Below are positions 20,746 through 29,893 of a DNA stretch of 64,000 nucleotides, one piece after another. Every line of letters starts with the position of its first letter. Positions within the stretch are counted from its first letter, which is position 1. Made by a program: the position numbers and the translations under genes. Below the pieces are notes generated by a model. That model did no database searches and had not been told where the DNA came from. It worked only from the letters and a program-made list of their open reading frames with translations. This stretch comes from Terriglobia bacterium (GTDB taxonomy: Bacteria; Acidobacteriota; Terriglobia; 20CM-2-55-15), in the NCBI GenBank assembly GCA_965218585.1, contig CBDCLE010000017.1:32001-96000 (forward strand), read 5' to 3'.

Positions 20746-21822
20746 ATGGCAACGCGTCAGTCAGTAGCCTGGATCGAACTACGTGTCGGTATCCTTGTCC
20801 TCGCCAGCTTCGTACTCCTGGCAGGGGCTATCTTTTATGTGACCGGCGAGACGGGATTCTTCACTCCAACCTACACGATTACGGCCTACTTCGAATCGGC
20901 GGTCGGAATGAACACGGGCGCCGAAGTCTGGTTGGACGGTGTCACGGTAGGCAATGTCAGGAGTACTCAGCTTACGAACCTGCCCGACCCGGCACGCTCC
21001 GTGGCTGTCGAGATGAGCATCGACCAGAGGTTTCAGAACCTGATCCTCTCGGACTCACTCGTCACCGTACAATCCATCGGCTTGCTTGGCGACAGTTACG
21101 TGGACATCGCGCGCGGCCTGGGAACCGGTGATCCGCTACCTGACGGGGGCACACTGCAGGGAGAAGGCACAGGTGACATTCGCGAGCTGATCACCGGGAC
21201 CAACGATGTCATCGCCAATCTGGGCGTTCTCAGCGACCAGGTGCAACAAATCACGACACAGATACAGGAAGGAGAGGGCACGCTGGGACGCTTTCTTACA
21301 GACACTGCCGTCTTCGACAACGCGAACAGCGTCGTCCTGGAAGCCAACCAGCTCGTCCGGGATGCCCGGACCGGTAACGGGACGATCGGCCGGCTGATGT
21401 CCGACGACATCCTCTTTACGCGCATGACCGATACGGTGGACAGCGTGGAAGCCATAATCGCAGAGGTAGAGAACGGCACGGGCACACTCGGGAAGTTCAT
21501 CCACGATCCGACGATCTATGACCAGGCCAGTGAGCTTGTTCAAAAAGCAGACAACGTCGTGGATCGCCTGGAGCGAGGGGAAGGCACGCTGGGTCGTCTC
21601 AGCCAGGACGACACGCTCTTCGTCGAAGCCCGGACGGCCATGGAAGAAATCTCAACCATGGTCTCAAACGTTGCCAACAGTGAAGGTACCGCGGGACGCC
21701 TGATCAACGATCCGTCTCTTTACAACAACGTCAATCAGGCAATCTCGGAGGTGTTGAAACTCGTCTACGATTTCAGACAGGATCCCGGAAGATTCCTCAC
21801 TATCAATTTCAGGCTCTTCTGA
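20746..21822 (+). CDS. mlaD: MlaD/MCE-family protein with a repeated helical extension
   Basis: TM anchor, MCE domain (GAEVWLDGVTVG, GLLGDSYV) and five GxGTxG(R/K) repeats. Confidence 0.85.
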   Translation: MATRQSVAWIELRVGILVLASFVLLAGAIFYVTGETGFFTPTYTITAYFESAVGMNTGAEVWLDGVTVGNVRSTQLTNLPDPARSVAVEMSIDQRFQNLILSDSLVTVQSIGLLGDSYVDIARGLGTGDPLPDGGTLQGEGTGDIRELITGTNDVIANLGVLSDQVQQITTQIQEGEGTLGRFLTDTAVFDNANSVVLEANQLVRDARTGNGTIGRLMSDDILFTRMTDTVDSVEAIIAEVENGTGTLGKFIHDPTIYDQASELVQKADNVVDRLERGEGTLGRLSQDDTLFVEARTAMEEISTMVSNVANSEGTAGRLINDPSLYNNVNQAISEVLKLVYDFRQDPGRFLTINFRLF

Positions 21823-21856
21823 AACGGATGATCCAGGCTTACCAGGGAGATCCGCG

Positions 21857-22321
21857 ATGTTGGAAGCAAAGAAAAAGATAGAAGAAGAAATCAAGGTACT
21901 TCAGAAGGAGTTGACCACCGAGCTCCCGCGCGCGCTCAAGACGGCCATAGCGATGGGCGATCTGAGAGAAAATGCGGAGTACCACGCAGCTAAAGAACGG
22001 CAAGATTTCGTCCGAGCACGGTTGGGCCAGCTCAAACAGCGGCTTTCAGACCTGGCAATGATCAACCTCGACAAGATCCCCAGAGACAGGATTTCTCTGG
22101 GCTCAACGGTCAAGCTCTTTGATATCGATAAGGAAGAAGAAATCATCTACAAACTCGTAACTACAGAGGATTCGAACGTGTCCGACGGGGCGATTTCCAC
22201 GACGTCCCCGATAGGCCAGAGTCTTCTCGGAAAGCAGGAGGGCGATACCGTCGATGTGAGGATCCCTTCCGGGGCCCGGTCCTTCGAAATCGTTAGCTTT
22301 AAGACGATTCACGATAAATAG
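21857..22321 (+). CDS. greA: Transcription elongation factor GreA
   Basis: GDLRENAEYHAAKE and ISTTSPIGQSLLGK motifs. Confidence 0.93.
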   Translation: MLEAKKKIEEEIKVLQKELTTELPRALKTAIAMGDLRENAEYHAAKERQDFVRARLGQLKQRLSDLAMINLDKIPRDRISLGSTVKLFDIDKEEEIIYKLVTTEDSNVSDGAISTTSPIGQSLLGKQEGDTVDVRIPSGARSFEIVSFKTIHDK

Positions 22322-22348
22322 GGCGCATTACGATTGGGAAAGGACGAT

Positions 22349-22377
22349 TTGTCCAGAACCGGAAATTAGCGTAAAAT
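22349..22377 (+). promoter_or_regulatory. Sigma70-type promoter for the phosphatidyltransferase gene
   Basis: TTGTCC-N17-TAAAAT. Confidence 0.55.
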
Positions 22378-22380
22378 CTC

Positions 22381-22418
22381 TTAGTTGGAAGGAGTATCCG
22401 CGGATACTCCTAAACTAA
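22381..22418. promoter_or_regulatory. Perfect 22-bp palindrome in the 5' UTR
   Basis: AGGAGTATCCGCGGATACTCCT at 22390-22411, extended by TTAGTT/AACTAA. Confidence 0.6.
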
Positions 22419-22425
22419 AGACCTG

Positions 22426-23106
22426 ATGACATTTCACACGATCAGCGGGAAGATCGGCAAGGGCGGTAAGAAGGCACAGGACTTTCTCGTTAGACGCCTT
22501 TCAAAACACCGCGTCAATCCCAATTACCTCACATTCATTGGTCTCGGCGTGAACATCTTCGCGACCGTTCTCTTCGCCAAGGGCATGTTCTTCTGGGCAG
22601 GACTCGTCGTGCTGTTCGCCGGGGTCTTCGACATGCTCGATGGCGCCGTTGCCAGGGTCACACAAAAGGTCACAACATTTGGTGCATTCCTCGATTCGGT
22701 CATCGACCGCTACTCCGACATGCTGATGCTGTTCGGCCTGCTCATCTGGTACGCCAAGATGGACCGGATGTTCTACGTCGGACTCACCGCCATGGTGATA
22801 ATCGGATCGGTCATGACCAGCTATACACGAGCCCGCGCCGAATCGCTGATCCCGGCATGTAAGGTCGGTTTCCTCGAACGCGCCGAACGGGTCGTCCTTC
22901 TGATAATCGGCGCCCTGACCGACCGCATGGCCGTCGTCCTCTGGATCATGGCAATCCTCACCAACTGGACGGTTTTCCAGCGCATCTGGTACACCTGGAA
23001 GGAAGCGAGCCGACTCGAACGGCAGGAAATTTCTCTGGAGGTCGAAGAAGCAGAGGAAGTCGGGGAACAAGCCAAAGTCGGGGCCAAAGCCAGCCTGCAG
23101 ACCTAA
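22426..23106 (+). CDS. CDP-alcohol phosphatidyltransferase (PgsA/PIP-synthase family)
   Basis: PNYLT, DMLDGAVAR...FGAFLDSVIDR and SYTRARAE motifs. Confidence 0.88.
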   Translation: MTFHTISGKIGKGGKKAQDFLVRRLSKHRVNPNYLTFIGLGVNIFATVLFAKGMFFWAGLVVLFAGVFDMLDGAVARVTQKVTTFGAFLDSVIDRYSDMLMLFGLLIWYAKMDRMFYVGLTAMVIIGSVMTSYTRARAESLIPACKVGFLERAERVVLLIIGALTDRMAVVLWIMAILTNWTVFQRIWYTWKEASRLERQEISLEVEEAEEVGEQAKVGAKASLQT

Positions 23107-23123
23107 GCAATCGTGATCTTCAA

Positions 23124-23154
23124 CTGTAGGTACGGCTTGTGACCGCACCTACAG
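23124..23154. repeat. GTAG-type REP-like palindrome between convergent genes
   Basis: CTGTAGGTACGG-cttgtga-CCGCACCTACAG. Confidence 0.55.
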
Positions 23155-23184
23155 GTTACCGATTGATGACGAAGGGGTCCGTGA

Positions 23185-24432
23185 TCAAATTCGCCCCAAC
23201 CGATACGGCCAGGGATCGATGTGAGGTGTTTCACCTGTGACGCACTCCGCGATCAACTTACCCGTCGCCGTCGCCATACTCAGTCCAAGCATGTTGTGAC
23301 CTGCGGCAATTAAGACGTTGGTGAAGCGCGGACTGCTGCCGATAAACGGAACGCCATCATAGGTCATCGGTCGCCACCCGTACCACTCCTCTTCCACGCG
23401 TTTGGAATACGGTTCGCGGAGGTAATCGCCGGCAGACTCCTTAATCATCTCGAGTCGCCTTCGGTCGAGCGTCGTATCGTAACCCGCGAACTCCATCGTG
23501 GAACCCAACCGATATCCGGATTGCATCGGCGTGACAACTACTCTGTTCTCGGGAAACATCAGCGGCGTCCTGGGACATTTCGCCGGGCGAGGCATCGTGA
23601 TCGAGTAGCCTTTTCCGGGTTGAATCGGAATCCGGCAGCCAACTTCATGATTCAGGTGCGGCGTCCAGGCACCGGTTGCGACAATGAAGAAATCTGCCAT
23701 CAGTTCTTCCGCTGAGGTTGAAATCGCAGCGGCATAGTCACCTTCCTGAATGAAACGTGTGAACTTACACTGTTCGATGACGCGTACCCCGCGCGACTCA
23801 ATCAATCTTCGCCAGGACGACAACAGACGGTCCGGACGCAGATGAGCATCGCCTTCGTAGTACCAGGCACCCGCTATTCCATCTACCACGGCCGGCTCGC
23901 GCCTTACCACTTCGCTCGCATCGATACGGGTCCCGACAATCCCAAAGCGGTCGTGAATCAACCGGGCGGTTGCCACATATTTCTCGAAGATTTTAGCCGT
24001 CTTGAACACCACGTACAGGCCGCGTTCTTCCCATTCGCAGGACAGATCTTCTGTCCGAAACAATTCGGTGTACAGCTCTCGTGAAGAAGCCAGCAATGCA
24101 TAGCGGGCCTCGGCAGCTCCCAGCATGTCGCGCGTGTTGCACCGCCGGGCGAACTTGATCAGCCAACTCCACAAGTGCGGGTCCAGGCGGGGTTTGATGC
24201 GCAACGGAGCATTCTTCTTGAAAAGCGACCTGAGTGCATCACCGACTGCACCCGGCTCTGTCAGTGGAAGGAGATGGCTCGGGCTGACGAGCCCGCAATT
24301 CGCATGGGAACAGCCGCCCCCGAGGCTGCCTTTGTCAATAATCGTAACGTCAAGGCCCGCACTCCTGAGGTAGTAGGCGCAGGCGGTCCCGATCACTCCA
24401 CCACCGATAATAACAACGTGTTTGGCGCTCAT
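23185..24432 (-). CDS. FAD-dependent D-amino acid dehydrogenase family protein
   Basis: GGGVIG Rossmann motif, GCSHANCG, PGKGYS, GWRPMTYDG and AGHNMLG; start at ATG 24432. Confidence 0.85.
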   Translation of the reverse strand: MSAKHVVIIGGGVIGTACAYYLRSAGLDVTIIDKGSLGGGCSHANCGLVSPSHLLPLTEPGAVGDALRSLFKKNAPLRIKPRLDPHLWSWLIKFARRCNTRDMLGAAEARYALLASSRELYTELFRTEDLSCEWEERGLYVVFKTAKIFEKYVATARLIHDRFGIVGTRIDASEVVRREPAVVDGIAGAWYYEGDAHLRPDRLLSSWRRLIESRGVRVIEQCKFTRFIQEGDYAAAISTSAEELMADFFIVATGAWTPHLNHEVGCRIPIQPGKGYSITMPRPAKCPRTPLMFPENRVVVTPMQSGYRLGSTMEFAGYDTTLDRRRLEMIKESAGDYLREPYSKRVEEEWYGWRPMTYDGVPFIGSSPRFTNVLIAAGHNMLGLSMATATGKLIAECVTGETPHIDPWPYRLGRI

Positions 24433-24537
24433 TGGTGAGAGGTGCCCGCTCCGGTTCGCCTCACCCAGCACAATCGCATACTGCCCCGAGCAAGGACAAG
24501 TAGTGCAGGAACGTCCAGGATACTGAACGATCGGAAG

Positions 24538-25206
24538 CTAACGGTTCACGTCGCTCGGGAGATTCAATTCAAAGGTGCCGCCGGGGAGGCGGCCATTGAT
24601 AACGATATTGGAATAGTTGACGATCTGATAGTCGCCGGAAGCTTCGTAAATATAGAGTTGCACCGGAATCCACCGACTCTGATCGACCCACATTCGAATG
24701 GTCGGAAACATGCCGCGAACTCGCTCTGATTTCGATTCCAGTTCGAGGACCGAGGTTTCGATACCGTCGACGACTTCCTCACCCGTCAATACGACATCGT
24801 AATCATCCGGCAGTGTGTGGTTCGCGGGTCCAAAGCCGAGGACGAAGAATTCGGCAATATCCCGTCGCTCACCAAAATCGAATTCGTCGAGATGGTTGAT
24901 TCGGGGACGGTAGATCTGTGCTCTGCCTTCGGCCATGAGCAGGTGTTGTGGAGCCGGATCCTCAATCGTCAGTCGAACGCGGCTGTCGTCGCCGCCTCCC
25001 TGGAAATAGATCTTTCCGGTTTCTGTCGAGCGAAACTCGACGAAGACGACAACCTGAGTGCGCTCGACATCGGCTACCAGGTTACGAAACTCGCTCCCGG
25101 TCGCCGCCATCTCGGCCAGGACGGAGTCCAACGAAGTTCGCGTCTGAGCGCGGGCCGTTCCTGCGACCAGGAACAGAATGGTCAGCAGCGGAGCGAAACG
25201 TTTCAC
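24538..25206 (-). CDS. LolA-like periplasmic lipoprotein carrier
   Basis: Signal peptide; beta-rich pattern (ETGKIYF, IYRPRIN, LELESKS, MWVDQSRWIP, FELNLP). Confidence 0.65.
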   Translation of the reverse strand: MKRFAPLLTILFLVAGTARAQTRTSLDSVLAEMAATGSEFRNLVADVERTQVVVFVEFRSTETGKIYFQGGGDDSRVRLTIEDPAPQHLLMAEGRAQIYRPRINHLDEFDFGERRDIAEFFVLGFGPANHTLPDDYDVVLTGEEVVDGIETSVLELESKSERVRGMFPTIRMWVDQSRWIPVQLYIYEASGDYQIVNYSNIVINGRLPGGTFELNLPSDVNR

Positions 25207-25568
25207 TCCGGAACAACCCAGAACGAATACGCAGCCAGCGTGCCTCGGGTATTGTCGATCGGTTCGGTGCGATAGATCTCGATCGGCTCGTCCGATCGAA
25301 GGAAAGCCTGCAGCTTGTCTCGAGCTTCCAGCTCCAGTTCTTCAGATGGATTCGAAAAGATCGATGCGTCCACCTGAACCCGGTAGACGACGTTTCCATC
25401 GTCGTCGAGAACTCTCTGGACCTCATCCTCGGAAGACAGTCTTCTGAAATCTGGACGGTCGTTAAAAACTGTGGCAGGGATCAGAAAAATCGCGATCAGA
25501 ATCAATCCACATAGGACGTTGTACTGAAAGGAGCCGCGACCAAACTTCCAGATGATCCAGTTCTTCAT
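25203..25568 (-). CDS. Small membrane protein of unknown function
   Basis: One TM helix after RGSFQY; overlaps both neighbours by 4 bp. Confidence 0.65.
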   Translation of the reverse strand: MKNWIIWKFGRGSFQYNVLCGLILIAIFLIPATVFNDRPDFRRLSSEDEVQRVLDDDGNVVYRVQVDASIFSNPSEELELEARDKLQAFLRSDEPIEIYRTEPIDNTRGTLAAYSFWVVPE

Positions 25569-26314
25569 CGTGCCCCCCCCTCGCTGCCTACGGACAGAAG
25601 TTCGTCATCCACATTTTCTCCTTTGGTGCCGTTACCAGACCCGTCGCTGTGGACCTTGCCGTCCCGCATCTCAATCACACGGTCCGTATAGGACGCGAGT
25701 TCGGGGTTGTGCGTCACGATAACAATCGTCTGTCCCATTCGCGTATTCAGTTCGCGAAACATTTTCAGGACAATCGCGGAATTCTTGGAATCCAGGTTAC
25801 CTGTCGGCTCATCGGCCAGGATGATGGCAGGTTCCTTCACTACGGCCCGGGCAATAGCCACTCGCTGCTGTTCCCCGCCGGACAGTTCTGAGGGACGGCG
25901 GCCCATCTTATCTTCCAATTCGAGAAGAGCGAGGGTCTGGGCCAGGCGTTGATCGACCTCGGGATCTCCGTGATCCCCATGAATTGTCCTGGCGATTTCA
26001 ATGTTCGCTCGTGCGGTCAGCGTCGGCAAAAGGTTGAACTTCTGGAAAACGAACCCGACCTTGTCCCGTCGGAAGGCAGTCCGCTCGAAATCGTCCATGT
26101 GCGCAACATCCTGCCCGCCGATCATCACGCGTCCGCCCGTGGGCTGGGTCATCGCACCCAGGATGTGCATCAGAGACGATTTGCCGCAACCCGACGGACC
26201 CATGATGGCGACCATCTCTCCAGCGTCGACACGAATACTCACTCCGCGCAGGGCTTCGACTTCGATCCTGCCCGTCTGATACACCTTCGTTAAGTCAATG
26301 GTTTCCAATAACAT
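25565..26314 (-). CDS. ABC ATPase (LolD/MacB type)
   Basis: GPSGCGKS, GFVFQKFNLLP, LSGGEQQR and ADEPTGNLD motifs. Confidence 0.9.
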   Translation of the reverse strand: MLLETIDLTKVYQTGRIEVEALRGVSIRVDAGEMVAIMGPSGCGKSSLMHILGAMTQPTGGRVMIGGQDVAHMDDFERTAFRRDKVGFVFQKFNLLPTLTARANIEIARTIHGDHGDPEVDQRLAQTLALLELEDKMGRRPSELSGGEQQRVAIARAVVKEPAIILADEPTGNLDSKNSAIVLKMFRELNTRMGQTIVIVTHNPELASYTDRVIEMRDGKVHSDGSGNGTKGENVDDELLSVGSEGGAR

Positions 26315-26362
26315 ACGTATCTCTTCAGTCTACGCGCCAGTGGGTTTCGGTTCCACTAAAAA

Positions 26363-27466
26363 CTATTCGTACGCAAGGGCTTCGACCGGATCCTGACTCG
26401 CGGCGCGAAACGACGGGTACATCGCACCGAGAATCCCACTGACCAGGGCCAGGCCGATGGCCCTCAATACCCACTCAAACAGGATCACGATCGTAAGTCT
26501 GGGAATCTGCCACTGAACGGCGCCGGCAATTACGAAACTCAATCCGATTCCCATAAGAATGCCAATCACGCACAGCCAGAGAGTCTCCGTCAGGATCATG
26601 CGGACAACGAAACCCTTCGAAGCTCCAAGCGACCGCAGGATACCGATTTCACGGGTCCGCTCATTGATGGTCGTATACATGGAAAGAAAGATAACCAGTA
26701 CCCCTATCGTAACGGCAACCGACATGACGACTGTGAGGAACGGATCCAGCCAGGGAATGTTGGCGTTTGTCATCAACGAGACCATGTCCTTCAGGACCAC
26801 AACGGGATAGGTCGGCAACAACGTTTCCAAGCGTTCAGCAATCGCATAAGCTTCCTCAGGGTTGTCGATCCTGATGTAGAACAGCGACGCTCTATCAGGA
26901 GCGCCCATCATCTCCTGGGCCGCGTCGATGTCCATGTACAACCGGGCGCCCTTACCGTTCTCCACGACGCCGAACACCTCGAAACGATGATTCAACAACG
27001 AAAGCTCGTCTCCCACACCGATGCCCCTGCCATCCGCATAGAGATCGTCGATAACGATCTCATCATTCGACTGGAAGATTCGCCCGTCGATAAATGTCAG
27101 TTCACCGCCGACATCACTGAAGCTTTCGTACTCAATCCCATAAACGAGGTCAAAACCTCCCTGAGAATTGAATTGTGTTACGACCGGAGAAATAGACTGT
27201 AGACCTTCAACTTCATCCAGTAATCGCTCACCGATTGCAACCGGCATCGTGGCACTGTTCAAGCCGAGAAAAACCGAGCTGCCCGGCGCCTGCAACATGA
27301 TGTCGGCACCAACGCCTTGAGTGCGCTCCCCGGCTTCGATGTTGACCCCTGTGACGAGGCCCACGATAAGAAGGATGAGCGCAACCTCGATGGAAACGGC
27401 CAGAATAGTAACTGCGGTCCGGACTGGCCGCTTGGCGAGGTTGGCGAATATAATCTCTTTGTTCAA
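26363..27466 (-). CDS. ABC permease (MacB/FtsX/LolE family)
   Basis: TM1, periplasmic domain, ERTREIGILRSLGA and DPVEALAYE. Confidence 0.88.
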   Translation of the reverse strand: MNKEIIFANLAKRPVRTAVTILAVSIEVALILLIVGLVTGVNIEAGERTQGVGADIMLQAPGSSVFLGLNSATMPVAIGERLLDEVEGLQSISPVVTQFNSQGGFDLVYGIEYESFSDVGGELTFIDGRIFQSNDEIVIDDLYADGRGIGVGDELSLLNHRFEVFGVVENGKGARLYMDIDAAQEMMGAPDRASLFYIRIDNPEEAYAIAERLETLLPTYPVVVLKDMVSLMTNANIPWLDPFLTVVMSVAVTIGVLVIFLSMYTTINERTREIGILRSLGASKGFVVRMILTETLWLCVIGILMGIGLSFVIAGAVQWQIPRLTIVILFEWVLRAIGLALVSGILGAMYPSFRAASQDPVEALAYE

Positions 27467-27494
27467 GAAAACCTCAAGTAGAAGGATGGGTGAC

Positions 27495-28415
27495 TCAGTC
27501 CAATTGGTCCGATTCGGGTTCGTCCAAATCGACCAGTTCCGAACCTGCTGGAGCCGACCTCATGAAAACGCTTTCGTCTAAAGCGACGTTCAGTTCCGTG
27601 CTTTCAAAGTTAATTTCCAGGGAATAGTCTTCGATCGGCCGTTCGATCATGATCCTCCGAGGGAAGGCTGCTCCTTCCAGTTCCTGATAGAGCCCGTAGG
27701 AAACGTCCGTCTCACGGATTCCTTCCGCGCCAAAGACCTGTTTCCTCGACACGCGCAGATCGCGGCGATCGATCCATATTCTCTCGAGTATCCCGGGATC
27801 GTCGCGCGCACCGTCGATAAACTCAAAGACATAGAAACTGCGGCGCCCATCCACTTCCTCATAGAACACCGGGAGCACGTTGGAACTGTCCACGTACGGG
27901 TCGATATCCACGAAGAGGGAATCCATAATGTGCTGGGGTCTGAGATTCAGAATCGCATTCTCCGCCTGGGTTGTGCCGGAAGTATCCCCGACAAAAACCC
28001 GATTCTGAATCGGTACATTCACTTGAAAAGTCTCGCCATCGGACCACATATCAAACACGGTCACCAGCGCCAGGGGTGCGACGCCCCTCATCCGGATGCG
28101 CGACGGTCTCTCAACAACGATGAACCCCTGTGTTTCACGGTAGGTCGTTTCCTCTCCCGTGGTGAGGGCACCGACAGAGGCCGTAAAATTAACCGTCGCT
28201 CTCAGCGTCCTGATCGAACGGCTGATGTCTTCCAGGCCCTCGATCAGCTCCGATCTGGAAGCGTCCAGTGCAGGAAAGGGGAGCTCTTCAACGGGGATGA
28301 CGCGCGTTTGTGAAACCCCACAACCTGCCAACAGAAGGATCATTCCCAACCCGAATGAACATGGTAACCGCCTAACCGAACGGGTGTGTCTGGAACCTGA
28401 ATATGAGTCGTTCAA
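27495..28415 (-). CDS. Lipoprotein with putative LolA/LolB-like fold
   Basis: Lipobox LAGC; ERPSRIRM, WSDGETF and RIWIDRRDL beta pattern; start uncertain. Confidence 0.55.
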   Translation of the reverse strand: MNDSYSGSRHTRSVRRLPCSFGLGMILLLAGCGVSQTRVIPVEELPFPALDASRSELIEGLEDISRSIRTLRATVNFTASVGALTTGEETTYRETQGFIVVERPSRIRMRGVAPLALVTVFDMWSDGETFQVNVPIQNRVFVGDTSGTTQAENAILNLRPQHIMDSLFVDIDPYVDSSNVLPVFYEEVDGRRSFYVFEFIDGARDDPGILERIWIDRRDLRVSRKQVFGAEGIRETDVSYGLYQELEGAAFPRRIMIERPIEDYSLEINFESTELNVALDESVFMRSAPAGSELVDLDEPESDQLD

Positions 28416-28426
28416 TGCCCTGCTCT

Positions 28427-29035
28427 TCAGATTTCGGCGCCACCCTCACGGCGCCGGGATAATACAAACACCAACGTAGAAACGATGATGACAAGCGAGA
28501 GGACCACTCCGATCATGGGGTAGTTCTCTTCTACAAACGCAATTGCGGCCGCTCCGTAAATGACCGCCAGAATCCCCTGAGAAAAATACCTGATACCGCG
28601 TCCAATCAGGACCGCGACCATGAAACGCGGCCAGGAAATCCCGAAAGTCCCTGCCGACAGAACAAAGACCTTGAAGGGTGTCGGAGGGGGCAACAGCGAC
28701 GGGACAATTACGGCGAGTAAGCCGTACCGGCCATACCATCCCCGAACCCGGTTCAACTGATGTTCGGAAAAACGCTTTCGAACCAGTGCCTCGCCGCCCT
28801 TGCGGCCCACCGCATAAAGCATGGCACAACCGATTATCGAGCCGAGAGTCGTCAGCCCGGCATAAACGATCATCTGGTCCGGCTGCCGAATCGAGAACGT
28901 CATCACAAGGATGTCGTTCACTTCAGGCAACGACAGGAACGATGAATCACACATCGCCAGCAACATCAAACCGACGCCGCCGTACGGAAGCAACACTTGC
29001 TCCAGCCACTCGGAGATCGTACTGAATATTTCCAT
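28427..29035 (-). CDS. DedA/VTT (YqaA-like) membrane protein
   Basis: DSSFLSLP, GRKGGE, LPPPTPFKVF and GRGIRY motifs; start at ATG 29035. Confidence 0.82.
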   Translation of the reverse strand: MEIFSTISEWLEQVLLPYGGVGLMLLAMCDSSFLSLPEVNDILVMTFSIRQPDQMIVYAGLTTLGSIIGCAMLYAVGRKGGEALVRKRFSEHQLNRVRGWYGRYGLLAVIVPSLLPPPTPFKVFVLSAGTFGISWPRFMVAVLIGRGIRYFSQGILAVIYGAAAIAFVEENYPMIGVVLSLVIIVSTLVFVLSRRREGGAEI

Positions 29036-29325
29036 GCCTTCCGGCAGCTGCTCCTCGACGGAATTACCCTGGCAGCCCATCCCTGTCGAACAGGCCGCTA
29101 TCTTGCACAAAATCTTTATCTTAACACGCGTGCTGCCATTGCCGGCGGGCGTATTTGGAGCATCTCTCTTGGGAGGTCTCGGCCGTGTCCCTGCCGGCCC
29201 GTACCCGCTCAATAAACGTGTCGGATCGCCCGTGCCTGCCCATCCCTTCCTCACCGGGTTCATCTCATGTAAACTTCCCCGAACACAAATTTTCAGCCAA
29301 CTAATCTCAGTCATTGGGGGCTAGC

Positions 29326-29664
29326 ATGAAAAAGACTCTGTGTTTCGCGTTTGCTGCGGTTCTTCTCACGAGCGCCCTCACCCCTGCGGCTTCTTCTCAG
29401 ATCAGGGGGGGAAGACGATCGGACGCTCAAGCCAGAGTCCGGGCCGAAATCCAAAGGGAAAGACGCGTCGAAATTCAGGAAGAGCTGGAAGCTGCCACGT
29501 CCGAACTGGAAGGACTTACAAAAGTTCTGGTGGAAGAAGTTGCCGAAATTGACGGGTACACGATCTCCCTGCAGGTCCTCGAAGCGAGCGACCGAATCGA
29601 AGTCCTCGCCAAACAGATCGAAGAACTCGCAAAGACGATTAACCGCAGAGCTCAAGGTCGATAG
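29326..29664 (+). CDS. Secreted helical protein of unknown function
   Basis: Signal peptide MKKTLCFAFAAVLL...AASS followed by a coiled coil. Confidence 0.6.
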   Translation: MKKTLCFAFAAVLLTSALTPAASSQIRGGRRSDAQARVRAEIQRERRVEIQEELEAATSELEGLTKVLVEEVAEIDGYTISLQVLEASDRIEVLAKQIEELAKTINRRAQGR

Positions 29665-29893
29665 GAGTTCGGAGTTTGGCCGAACACCGCCGCTTCAAAA
29701 AAGCGGTACAGCCCCCCCGGCCAGAGAACCCCGAAAAACACCCCGGCCTGCCCAAAAGTCTGCCCGTTGGCGGAGATTCTTTTGCGCCCCCGCCAATACG
29801 TATTGTAGACTTACTCGCTCGCGGAGCGCTGTTCTCGCGAGAATGCCGGCCTAAATTCAAGATAATTGGTTTGTTAACGGAGGTTCAGTCACG

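Noticed and set aside
29768-29785. Possible sigma54 promoter upstream of glnA
   Set aside because: GG-N10-GC spacing exists (CGGAGATTCTTTTGC), but the TGGCAC context is missing and no NtrC-like sites were seen.
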